Shown: positions 10,487 to 18,248, counted from the stretch's first letter. The stretch: 32,000 bases of DNA from Copranaerobaculum intestinale (GCF_009831105.1 NZ_WUUQ01000004.1:59701-91700); one strand, 5' to 3'. Notes: generated by a model from the sequence alone, not told the origin. Numbers and translations are program-made.

Positions 10487-10592
10487 AAGAAAAAGAAAAG
10501 CTGCCGGGGGGGGGCAGTTTTTCTTTCATTTAAGGGGATAGAAAAGTATGAAAAAATTTAAGGGGATAGGGTTAGCAGATCTCTCTGCCTGG
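10487..10592 (-). ncRNA. Candidate C-rich (anti-SD) small RNA, copy 1
   Basis: On the minus strand, in order:
- TATAGT -10-like box (10602-10597)
- 5' hairpin GCAGA-GAGA-UCUGC (10588-10575)
- two unpaired CUAUCCCCUUAAA motifs (CCCC = complement of 10562-10565 and 10534-10537)
- terminator CUGCC-C7-GGCAG followed by CUUUUCUUUUUCUUUU
The strand is inferred and no expression data exist. Confidence 0.4.
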
Positions 10593-10652
10593 TAATACTA
10601 TACGAAAATAATGCAGTCATAGTATGTCATGATTTTGGATAATTGTGTGAAA
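10491..10652. repeat. Direct repeat unit, copy 1 (terminator hairpin + 2x TTTAAGGGGATAG + hairpin + conserved tail)
   Basis: Copy 2 lies 474 bp downstream. The 125-nt core (10528-10652 vs 10999-11123) differs at 6 positions by hand count. Confidence 0.9.
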
Positions 10653-10960
10653 AAGATTATTTAGAAAGAAAAATACGAATGTTTGCGGAAGCAAGCGAAA
10701 ATGATGTAATTTTTTTGTACCACTTTATATAGGTAAGATTGATTGTTTCAGTCTATTTGCTGGAATCTCCAGCAGGCAAGCAGATTGATCATAAGGCTTG
10801 TAATTTCAATCAGCAGCTGAGTGCGGATAAAAATTTCTATATGATCTCAAAGAGGAACATCTGCATCTTTTTATAATAAAGGATGATTGGTTGAAAAATA
10901 TTACAGAGGAGTATCATCCGTAAACGTAAGGTCAATGCTTGATTCATTATTTAATGCCTC

Positions 10961-11063
10961 ATTCAAAAGAAAAGCTGCCTGTTAGCAGCCTTTCTTCAAT
11001 TTAAGGGGATAGAAAAGTATGAAAAAATTTAAGGGGATAGGATCGGCAGATCTCTCTGCCTGG
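10961..11063 (-). ncRNA. Candidate C-rich (anti-SD) small RNA, copy 2
   Basis: Same layout as copy 1:
- -10-like box at 11073-11068
- hairpin GGCAGA/UCUGCC (11060-11045)
- CCCC motifs complementary to 11033-11036 and 11005-11008
- terminator 10994-10969 followed by CUUUUCUUUUG. Confidence 0.4.
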
Positions 11064-11123
11064 TAATACTATACGAAAATAATACAGTCAGAGTATGTCA
11101 TGAATTTGGATAATTGTGTGAAA
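10965..11123. repeat. Direct repeat unit, copy 2
   Basis: See copy 1. The terminator-like hairpin keeps the GCTGC/GCAGC stem but has a different loop (CTGTTA vs G7). Confidence 0.9.
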
Positions 11124-11545
11124 GTAACAACACTTTTTTTTGTTATCCAGAATTCAGGCTTATTTTCATTTTATATGCTGAAAATAGCGTTTATGATTTT
11201 GAAACTTTATCATGAACGTTATATGGCTTTTTGTATCGAACTTAAAGAAATAGTAATTGTTATCAGTTTGCGTGTATAGATTTTATAGGTGATCAAATCC
11301 AATCATAAACTTTCCGATATTTGAAAAGCGGCAGAAATGCTTATCCGAATGTATCATGATTCTTTTATATTCAGAGAAACGGTATTTTTTTAATTAAAAT
11401 TGCCAGATACATTTGTAAAATAGATAGGCAGAATTACGATATAATTATGGTTTTTAAACGTATTGGATGCCAAAAATTACCATATCTATTTCTTACATGT
11501 ATAGTGTAAGATTCAAAGGTATAATCAGTCATAGAGGTGATAAAC

Positions 11546-11782
11546 ATGAATGAGCTATACACATTTAAAGATTTTCTGGAGAATCATGTATTTGGTTTTA
11601 AAGCAATGCGATATGAGGCTGATATTATGTATAAGGCAGTATGCTTTCATAAATATGGATATGCTTATAAGCGATATTGTGAAAATCATCAAAAGGTAGG
11701 AGATTATGAAATGTTGCAATATGATGTAAAGGATTATGAGAAACGGATTGCTGATGCGAAATATGCCGGTCGTATATCTTAA
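11546..11782 (+). CDS. Hypothetical small protein (78 aa, Tyr/Lys-rich), no recognisable family
   Basis: ATG 11546 is 5 nt after SD AGAGGTGA, with TATAAT at 11520-11525. The track ORF begins at an upstream GTG. No motif recognised. Confidence 0.5.
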   Translation: MNELYTFKDFLENHVFGFKAMRYEADIMYKAVCFHKYGYAYKRYCENHQKVGDYEMLQYDVKDYEKRIADAKYAGRIS

Positions 11783-12088
11783 TGTGTTTTATATAAGGAC
11801 AGTTTATGAAATAATTATAGGCTTGCTTAAATGAATAGCGGCATTCAATAAAGGTATGGATGTAAATTATATGTTATAACGCAATGAAGAAAAAGCTTTT
11901 ATACAATGTTTTTTTGGTATCATGTATTGGACGAAGGCAGGAAAAATCGATTATATCTAGCTGCTATTCCCTTACGATCAAAACCCCAGTTTTCTCTTTC
12001 TTATAGTTTTCTATATGCTTTTAAGTATATTATGAGATATAAAATGCGCCCCTCCTGTAAGCTTTTAACTTCAGAGGCGCACTTTCTA

Positions 12089-12577
12089 TTATTGATGATC
12101 AAAACTTATAACAAATTTTTGATCTTGATTTCGGACTACGCATTCACCATAACGGGTTTTTCCTAGAGAATAGGTGCCTTTTCCATTCGGGTAGGCACTC
12201 ATAAGATTCTGATAGACATCAAAATCTTCCCTCAGATCCTGAAACACATCCAACGTCGAAAAAGTGATTTTCCCAAAAGCTTCTGCTGCTTTTCTTTGTT
12301 CTCCGTTTTTGAGAAACTCCAGTGCTTTTATTTGCTGTTCCTTATTATAGATAAATTTTAAAGCGGAACCATCTTCATGTTTATAAGAAAGAATATATTC
12401 CTTTTCTTTTTCTTTAATAGAAGTTAACTCGAAATTGAGCTTTTTTGATTTTTCCGTAAGGATATCATTCATTACTGCAATATCTTTTGTATCATCAAAA
12501 TCAGATATATTCAGCGATGAAGAACAACCAAAAAGCAGCACTATCATAACAAGTAACGATGCAAGCTTTATTTTCAT
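12089..12577 (-). CDS. Hypothetical lipoprotein (162 aa)
   Basis: Signal peptide MKIKLASLLVMIVLLFGC with lipobox LFGC. SD AAGGAGGGAG 4 nt upstream. No recognisable domain. Confidence 0.7.
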   Translation of the reverse strand: MKIKLASLLVMIVLLFGCSSSLNISDFDDTKDIAVMNDILTEKSKKLNFELTSIKEKEKEYILSYKHEDGSALKFIYNKEQQIKALEFLKNGEQRKAAEAFGKITFSTLDVFQDLREDFDVYQNLMSAYPNGKGTYSLGKTRYGECVVRNQDQKFVISFDHQ

Positions 12578-13030
12578 GACACTCCCTCCTTTATGTAATT
12601 TGCTGGTGTAACTTCTGCATGATCGATTGGGATCATCTCCTTCTATACTTCTATATTATCACTTTATCGCTTTCAGAGTAAAGGTGCTACCTGATTATAG
12701 CTAATTTTGAATTTCGTATGTATTGTTTTGAATCCCTTATGCAAAGTTTTAAATTCATTTTAAATGATTTTTGATGATTTCTTATATTTATGAACCATAC
12801 GATGCTAAATATCTGTCCTATTCAATCCTTACGCAATAGTTCAGAATCAAAAGATATCATGAAACATAATGGTACTGATTACTAATGAGCTCTGCGCTTT
12901 TAGATGTTTTGGAAATATCATTTATATAATAAGAAGTCCGTGTAATACGGTATAGTTTTGTTTATTTTGGCAACAACTTCTAACACACTTCTGACAAATC
13001 GATTAGTTAATAAAATTCAAAAAATCATAA

Positions 13031-13180
13031 CAAGCAAAAAGCCCTTTAAATTAAAGGGCTTTTTCAATGTAAAAGAGCCCAAGGGGAGGGGCTCTTTTAC
13101 AAAAATTATTATTAAGGGGATAGAATGTATAGAGATAATTAGGGGAAATTATTTCTATCAGCAAAGGCACTTCCTTTGCT
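13031..13180 (-). ncRNA. Candidate C-rich (anti-SD) small RNA, diverged copy 3 with tandem terminators
   Basis: On the minus strand, in order:
- TAGAGTATAAG box (13193-13183)
- hairpin GCAAAGG-AAGUG-CCUUUGC (13179-13161)
- UUUCCCCUAAUU, possibly in the loop of an AUAAUU/AAUUAU stem
- CUAUCCCCUUAAU
- terminator 13098-13071 with loop CUCCCCUU
- a second, perfect terminator at 13064-13036. Confidence 0.35.
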
Positions 13181-13279
13181 TGCTTATACTCTACCAAAGT
13201 CAATACGCAAAAATATATGCAAAAAATGGGATTTTATGTTATTTTCGTTTAATATATTAAACTTTTTATTTGGTATATA

Positions 13280-13307
13280 TTGCATTTACAGGTAATCTGA
13301 GTATAAT
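13280..13307 (+). promoter_or_regulatory. Sigma-A-type promoter of the XRE-cupin/pot operon
   Basis: TTGCAT (13280-13285), 16-nt spacer, TATAAT (13302-13307); about 60 nt upstream of the regulator start. Confidence 0.6.
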
Positions 13308-13323
13308 AGAATTGTTTTCATAT

Positions 13324-13351
13324 ACTTAACAGTAAGTTTAGTAATACTAAA
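13324..13351. promoter_or_regulatory. Two adjacent palindromes in the pot-operon leader (candidate operator)
   Basis: ACTTA-acag-TAAGT (13324-13337) and TTTAGTA-a-TACTAAA (13337-13351, perfect 7-bp arms), between the -10 and the SD. Confidence 0.4.
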
Positions 13352-13366
13352 CAGGGAGGGATGCAC

Positions 13367-13900
13367 ATGGATATTGGGCCAAAGATCAAACAACTGCGAA
13401 TAAAAAACGCATTAACACTCGAAGAGTTGGCGAGTCGCTGTGAGCTGACAAAAGGATTTCTTAGTCAGGTAGAGCGTGATCTGACCAGTCCCAGTGTGTC
13501 TACGCTAAATGATATTCTGGAAGCACTTGGAACATCCTTATCAGATTTTTTTCAAGAGACAAAAGAAGAAAAGCTAGTATTCACTGATGAAGATTTCTTT
13601 ATTGATGAACGAGCTGGAACCACGGTGCACTGGATCGTTCCCAATGCTCAGAAAAATGAGATGGAACCAATACTTTTGGATATTGATCCAGAGGGAGAAT
13701 CGCAAATTATCGATCCACACGACGGTGAAGAATTCGGATATGTTTTGCAGGGCAGAATTTATTTGGTTTACAACGAAGAAGAGCTGCTGGTAAAAAAGGG
13801 TGAAACCTTTTATATTTCCGGCAAGCACACCCATTTTATAAAAAATGCGGGTAAGAGCACAGCTACGGTGCTTTGGATTACGACCCCGCCGACATTTTAA
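13367..13900 (+). CDS. XRE-family HTH transcriptional regulator with C-terminal cupin domain (PuuR-like architecture)
   Basis: HTH LTLEELASRCELTKGFLSQVERD. Cupin GEEFGYVLQGRIYL...GETFYISGKHTHFIKN. ATG 13367 is 7 nt after SD AGGGAGGG; the track start 13361 is too close to the SD. Confidence 0.85.
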   Translation: MDIGPKIKQLRIKNALTLEELASRCELTKGFLSQVERDLTSPSVSTLNDILEALGTSLSDFFQETKEEKLVFTDEDFFIDERAGTTVHWIVPNAQKNEMEPILLDIDPEGESQIIDPHDGEEFGYVLQGRIYLVYNEEELLVKKGETFYISGKHTHFIKNAGKSTATVLWITTPPTF

Positions 13901-13912
13901 GGAGGAATGACA

Positions 13913-15490
13913 ATGAAAAAGTTAATTCAGTTCAAAAATATTGTAAAAGAATTTGACGGTCAGCTGGTATTAAAGGGAATCAACTTGGATATCAATGAAA
14001 ATGAGTTCGTTACATTGCTGGGGCCGAGCGGATGTGGGAAAACGACCTTACTGCGTATTCTGGGAGGGTTTTTAAATCAAACTGAAGGACATGTCGTATT
14101 CGATGGTGAGGTAATCGATAATGTTCCTCCTTATAAACGTGAATTGAATACTGTCTTTCAGAAATATGCATTGTTTCCGCATATGAGTGTATATGATAAT
14201 ATTGCATTCGGCTTAAAAATTAAAAAAGTCAGTAAGGACGTCATCGAACAGAAGGTGATGAAGATGCTGAAGTTGGTGAATTTAGAAGGCTATGAAGACC
14301 GCAGTGTAACGCTTTTATCGGGTGGTCAGCAGCAGCGTGTCGCAATTGCCCGCGCTTTGGTAAATGAACCGATGGTTCTGTTACTGGATGAGCCTTTGGG
14401 AGCATTGGATTTGAAGCTTCGCAAAGAGATGCAGCATGAGCTGAAAAAAATTCAGCAGGAAGTCGGCATTACCTTTATTTATGTAACACATGATCAGGAA
14501 GAAGCATTGACGATGTCTGATAAAATTGTAGTTATGAAAGATGGTGAGATACAGCAGATCGGTACTCCGATTGAGATTTACAATGAGCCGGAGAACGAGT
14601 ATGTTGCACGTTTCATCGGAGACTCCAATATCATACCGGGCATCATGCTGGAAGACTATAAAGTAATGTTTGATGATTTGAAATTCGATTGTGTCGATTT
14701 TGGATTTAAAGAGAAGGAGCCTGTGGATATTGTAATACGGCCGGAGGATCTGGATATAGTGGAAGAAACTCAGGGCAAGCTTACTGGCACGGTGAAGTCT
14801 GTTCTGTTCAAGGGGGTTCACTATGAAATTATCGTGGAGACGGTACCCGGAACTGAAGTGACCGTTCGTATGAATGTATCAAAGGAGCATCCGGCTGCGA
14901 GCAGCGATGCTTCGGAGAAAATTTCCGCAAATGATTTCTATGTCGATCTGGAGGATGTTGCAGAATTAAACGATGCAGAAGTAATTGCCCGTGCAGATGC
15001 GCAGGCATGGAACGTAGAAGATGATGAATTGCTTTCGATTGCTAAGATTGAATATGATGTGAAAGAGGAGATCGGTACCTATCCGGTAACCTTTACATCC
15101 GCAGGCGGAGTCAGCGTCACTACGAAAATCTTTGTGGTGCAGCAGACTTATGTTGAAAATAAAAAAGCTAATGAAGCAATAAGCGCCTTCAATATCTTTA
15201 AGACGGTTGATGATATCAAAGAAAGTACTGCATTGGATACTGACCTGAAAACATGGGCAAATGCGCAGGGTTGGAAGCTCGATGATGAAGATGCCGTCGT
15301 GGAAATTACCGATGTGGATTATGATTTTGATCCTGATCATATTGAAGAAGGTGTCTATACCGTTCGCTTTTCTACCCAGGGACGTGAATTAAAAGTTCAT
15401 ACAACGGATGTCAGTGAGGAGGGAGCAGAAGTCGGGCTGCTCTTTCAGCCGGAAGATATTCATGTTATGAACAAGATGGGGTCATACTGA
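13913..15490 (+). CDS. potA: Spermidine/putrescine ABC transporter ATPase PotA with a ~180-aa insertion in the C-terminal regulatory domain
   Basis: Walker A GPSGCGKT, signature LSGGQQQR, Walker [13 protein letters not shown]-loop THD. 525 aa, whereas my recollection of ordinary PotA is about 370-385 aa. ATG 13913 is 7 nt after AAGGAGG. Confidence 0.9.
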   Translation: MKKLIQFKNIVKEFDGQLVLKGINLDINENEFVTLLGPSGCGKTTLLRILGGFLNQTEGHVVFDGEVIDNVPPYKRELNTVFQKYALFPHMSVYDNIAFGLKIKKVSKDVIEQKVMKMLKLVNLEGYEDRSVTLLSGGQQQRVAIARALVNEPMVLLLDEPLGALDLKLRKEMQHELKKIQQEVGITFIYVTHDQEEALTMSDKIVVMKDGEIQQIGTPIEIYNEPENEYVARFIGDSNIIPGIMLEDYKVMFDDLKFDCVDFGFKEKEPVDIVIRPEDLDIVEETQGKLTGTVKSVLFKGVHYEIIVETVPGTEVTVRMNVSKEHPAASSDASEKISANDFYVDLEDVAELNDAEVIARADAQAWNVEDDELLSIAKIEYDVKEEIGTYPVTFTSAGGVSVTTKIFVVQQTYVENKKANEAISAFNIFKTVDDIKESTALDTDLKTWANAQGWKLDDEDAVVEITDVDYDFDPDHIEEGVYTVRFSTQGRELKVHTTDVSEEGAEVGLLFQPEDIHVMNKMGSY

Positions 15491-16341
15491 TGAAGCAGTT
15501 TCGCCGTCTTACATATCCTTATATTATATGGATATCGGCTATGATCGTTATTCCAATGCTGTTGATCGTGCTGTATGCCTTTACAAAGCAGGGTAACGAT
15601 GTAGCGACTTTGCAGTTCACATTTGATAATTTCACGAAGTTTTTTACCGACCCTGACTTCTTGAAAATTCTGTTTCTGTCTCTGCGTATTGCATTGATTA
15701 CAACAATCTTATGTGTATTGATCGGTTATCCGGTAGCCTATGCGATTGCGCAGGCATCACCGGCTCGTCAAAACTTCTATATTCTTTTAATTACGCTGCC
15801 GATGTGGATCAATATGTTGGTTCGCACCTATGCATGGATTGGTATTTTAGCCGATAATGGTGTCATCAATAATATTTTGCAGTTTTTTGGAATGTCACCG
15901 ACCAAGCTGCTGTATACGGATTTTGCGGTAACATTGGGCATGGTATATAATTTTGTACCATTTATGATTTTACAGATTCACTCCTCCTTAACCAAAATGG
16001 ACCGCAGCCTCTTAGATGCTGCAAATGATTTGGGTGCCAATAAAGTACAAGCATTTAGAAGGGTTACTTTTCCATTATCTCTGCCGGGTGTCATATCCGG
16101 TATCACATTGGTGTTCCTGCCGGCAGTATCCAGCTTTGTCATTCCGAAGCTGCTCGGCGGAGCCGGTAAGCCGCTGATTGGAAATATCATCGAAACACAA
16201 TTTATTACCGTAGGCGAATGGAACTTTGGCAGTGCGATTTCCATGATCATGGCAGTTATTATCATGGCCTCAATGTACGTAACCAGAAAACTGGATAAAG
16301 ACAATGATGAAGAAAAAGGAAAGCGGGGAAGAGCACTATGA
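15490..16341 (+). CDS. potB: Spermidine/putrescine ABC transporter permease PotB
   Basis: 283 aa, 6 TM segments, EAA-type loop DAANDLGANKVQAFRRVTFPLSLPG. Its ATG overlaps the potA TGA. Confidence 0.9.
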   Translation: MKQFRRLTYPYIIWISAMIVIPMLLIVLYAFTKQGNDVATLQFTFDNFTKFFTDPDFLKILFLSLRIALITTILCVLIGYPVAYAIAQASPARQNFYILLITLPMWINMLVRTYAWIGILADNGVINNILQFFGMSPTKLLYTDFAVTLGMVYNFVPFMILQIHSSLTKMDRSLLDAANDLGANKVQAFRRVTFPLSLPGVISGITLVFLPAVSSFVIPKLLGGAGKPLIGNIIETQFITVGEWNFGSAISMIMAVIIMASMYVTRKLDKDNDEEKGKRGRAL

Positions 16342-18233
16342 AGAAATTCCATGTGTCCCGTAAACTGATTATCGGAGGTATTCTTCTATTCTTCTATCTG
16401 CCGATTTTATATTTAGTGATTTTTTCTTTTAACGATTCCCGCTCATTGACCAATTTTCAGGGATTCTCGCTGCACTGGTATGAGCAGATGTTTTCTGATC
16501 AGAATATGCTGGAGGCAATCTATTATACACTGGTGATCGCGGTGATCGCTACGATAGTGTCAACGATTGTAGGAACGATTACGGCAATCGGTCTGTCAAA
16601 ATCACGCCGCATTGTTCGTGAGGTAGTTACTCAGATCAATGATCTGCCGATCATGAATCCGGAAATTGTCACAGCGATCGGATTTATGCTGTTTTATGTA
16701 TCGCTGCATATCGAAAAGGGCTTTGCGACATTATTGTTATCACATATCGCATTCTGTATTCCATATGTAATCTTGAGTGTGATGCCAAAACTGCGTTCTC
16801 TTGATCCCAATATAGCAGAAGCAGCGATGGATTTAGGCGCGACACCCTTTCAATCGCTTCGGAAGGTAATCGTACCGCAGATCATGCCGGGTATTATCTC
16901 CGGTGCGCTTATTGCTTTCACCATGTCCTTTGATGATTTCATTATTTCATATTTTGTTACCGGAAATGGTGTAAAAAATATTTCAACATTGGTTTGGACG
17001 ATGTCTAAGCGAATCAACCCAAGCATCAATGCACTGTCTACGATTATTGTGGTAATTATTACGATTGCGCTGATATTGGTAAATATTCTGCCGATTATCA
17101 AATCCAATGTGGAAAAGAAAAACCCGGCGATGGGCAGACGTGTAATCGCTTTGATCATGGTACCGATCATCGCGGCAGCCGGATTCGGACTCTTTTGGCT
17201 GAAAGGCAGTTCCGGAAACGCCAGTGCGTCCGCTGCTATTCAAAAATACGGAAGTGATGTACTGAAAGTGTATAACTGGGGTGAGTATATTGACCCATCT
17301 GTAAACAAGGCGTTTGAAAAGAAATTTGGGGTAAAGGTTATTTATGATACGTTTGACTCCAATGAACTAATGTATACGAAACTACAGGGTGGGGAAGCCT
17401 TCGATGTTCTGGTGCCAAGTGACTATATGATTGAACGCTTGCTGAACGAAAACCTGCTTCAGCCGCTTGATAAAAAAATGATTCCTAATTTGGATCAAAT
17501 TTATGAAGGGGTACGCAAGCTGCCTTATGATCCGACGAATAAGTACAGTGTTCCTTATTTCTGGGGGACTGTCGGTATTGTCTATAACAAAAAGAATGTC
17601 AGTAAGGCTGACCTCGATAAAGAAGGCTTTAATATTCTGCTGGATCAGAATTATAAAGGAAAGCTGTATATCTATGATTCAGAACGTGATTCCTTCATGA
17701 TGGCGCTGAAGGCACTTGGTTATTCTATGAATACAACCGATCCAAAAGAATTAAAAGCAGCGTATGACTGGCTGGTGAAGCTGAAAACTACGATGGATCC
17801 GGAGATTGTTACTGATGAAGTAATTGATGCGATGGTCAATGGCAATAAAGATATGGCAGTCGTATACAGCGGTGATGCGGCTTATATACTGTCACAGAAT
17901 CCGGATATGGATTACTATATGCCGGCAGAAGGTACTAACTTCTGGAGCGATGCGATGGTAATTCCGAAGAATGCGCCTAATCCAAAACTGGCTAATGAAT
18001 ATATCAATTTTATCTCAGACTACGAACAGAGCTACAAGAATTCGATCTTTGTCGGCTATGCTTCCAGTAATGCAGATGTCTTGCATGACCTTAGCAGTGA
18101 AGGCGGCGAATTTGCCGGTAATCATGCATATAAACCTCGTATTCATTATAAGAATGATGAAGTATTCCAATATAATGACAAAACAAAGAAAATCATGTCT
18201 GATTACTGGACGAAAGTCAGAATCGCAAAATAA
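16338..18233 (+). CDS. potCD: Fused PotC permease / PotD substrate-binding protein
   Basis: Residues 1-260 are a PotC-like permease (EAAMDLGATPFQSLRKVIVPQIMPG). Residues 265-288 are an extra TM segment. Residues 300-631 are a PotD-like periplasmic binding domain (VYNWGEYIDP, VPYFWGT). One continuous ORF; its ATGA overlaps the potB stop. Confidence 0.9.
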   Translation: MKKFHVSRKLIIGGILLFFYLPILYLVIFSFNDSRSLTNFQGFSLHWYEQMFSDQNMLEAIYYTLVIAVIATIVSTIVGTITAIGLSKSRRIVREVVTQINDLPIMNPEIVTAIGFMLFYVSLHIEKGFATLLLSHIAFCIPYVILSVMPKLRSLDPNIAEAAMDLGATPFQSLRKVIVPQIMPGIISGALIAFTMSFDDFIISYFVTGNGVKNISTLVWTMSKRINPSINALSTIIVVIITIALILVNILPIIKSNVEKKNPAMGRRVIALIMVPIIAAAGFGLFWLKGSSGNASASAAIQKYGSDVLKVYNWGEYIDPSVNKAFEKKFGVKVIYDTFDSNELMYTKLQGGEAFDVLVPSDYMIERLLNENLLQPLDKKMIPNLDQIYEGVRKLPYDPTNKYSVPYFWGTVGIVYNKKNVSKADLDKEGFNILLDQNYKGKLYIYDSERDSFMMALKALGYSMNTTDPKELKAAYDWLVKLKTTMDPEIVTDEVIDAMVNGNKDMAVVYSGDAAYILSQNPDMDYYMPAEGTNFWSDAMVIPKNAPNPKLANEYINFISDYEQSYKNSIFVGYASSNADVLHDLSSEGGEFAGNHAYKPRIHYKNDEVFQYNDKTKKIMSDYWTKVRIAK

Positions 18234-18248
18234 GGGAGGCGAGCGGCT

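Noticed and set aside
10548-10595. 15-codon sORF inside repeat copy 1 (MKKFKGIGLADLSAW) preceded by AAGGGG. It recurs in copy 2 (11019-11066, MKKFKGIGSADLSAW).
   Set aside because: - The diverged third copy (13116-13145) keeps both GGGG motifs and the hairpin but has no equivalent ORF; it gives only MYRDN*.
- The second conserved motif lies inside the ORF, and the SD-to-ATG spacing is long (10 nt).
- An RNA or DNA motif is more parsimonious than a peptide.
- I keep it as the alternative to test by Ribo-seq.
10491-11123. Could the repeats be a CRISPR array or IS/MITE termini?
   Set aside because: - There are only two near-identical 160-bp copies with a 311-bp spacer, which is far too long and too few for CRISPR, and no cas genes are present.
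- No terminal inverted repeats, target-site duplication or transposase are visible.
- A genome-wide copy count could still reveal a REP/MITE-like family.
11906-12166. 86-aa plus-strand ORF.
   Set aside because: It has no SD and an AT-rich composition, and it overlaps the 3' end and terminator region of the convergent lipoprotein gene.
12958-13260. 100-aa plus-strand ORF in the track.
   Set aside because: It starts at a non-ATG codon, has no SD, is low-complexity (Ile/Lys/Phe-rich), and runs straight through two terminator hairpins and the third repeat unit.
17130-18233. Separate potD gene starting at ATG 17130.
   Set aside because: - No stop codon separates it from potC in the same frame.
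- There is no convincing SD upstream of 17130.
- I treat it as a fusion, though internal initiation cannot be excluded.
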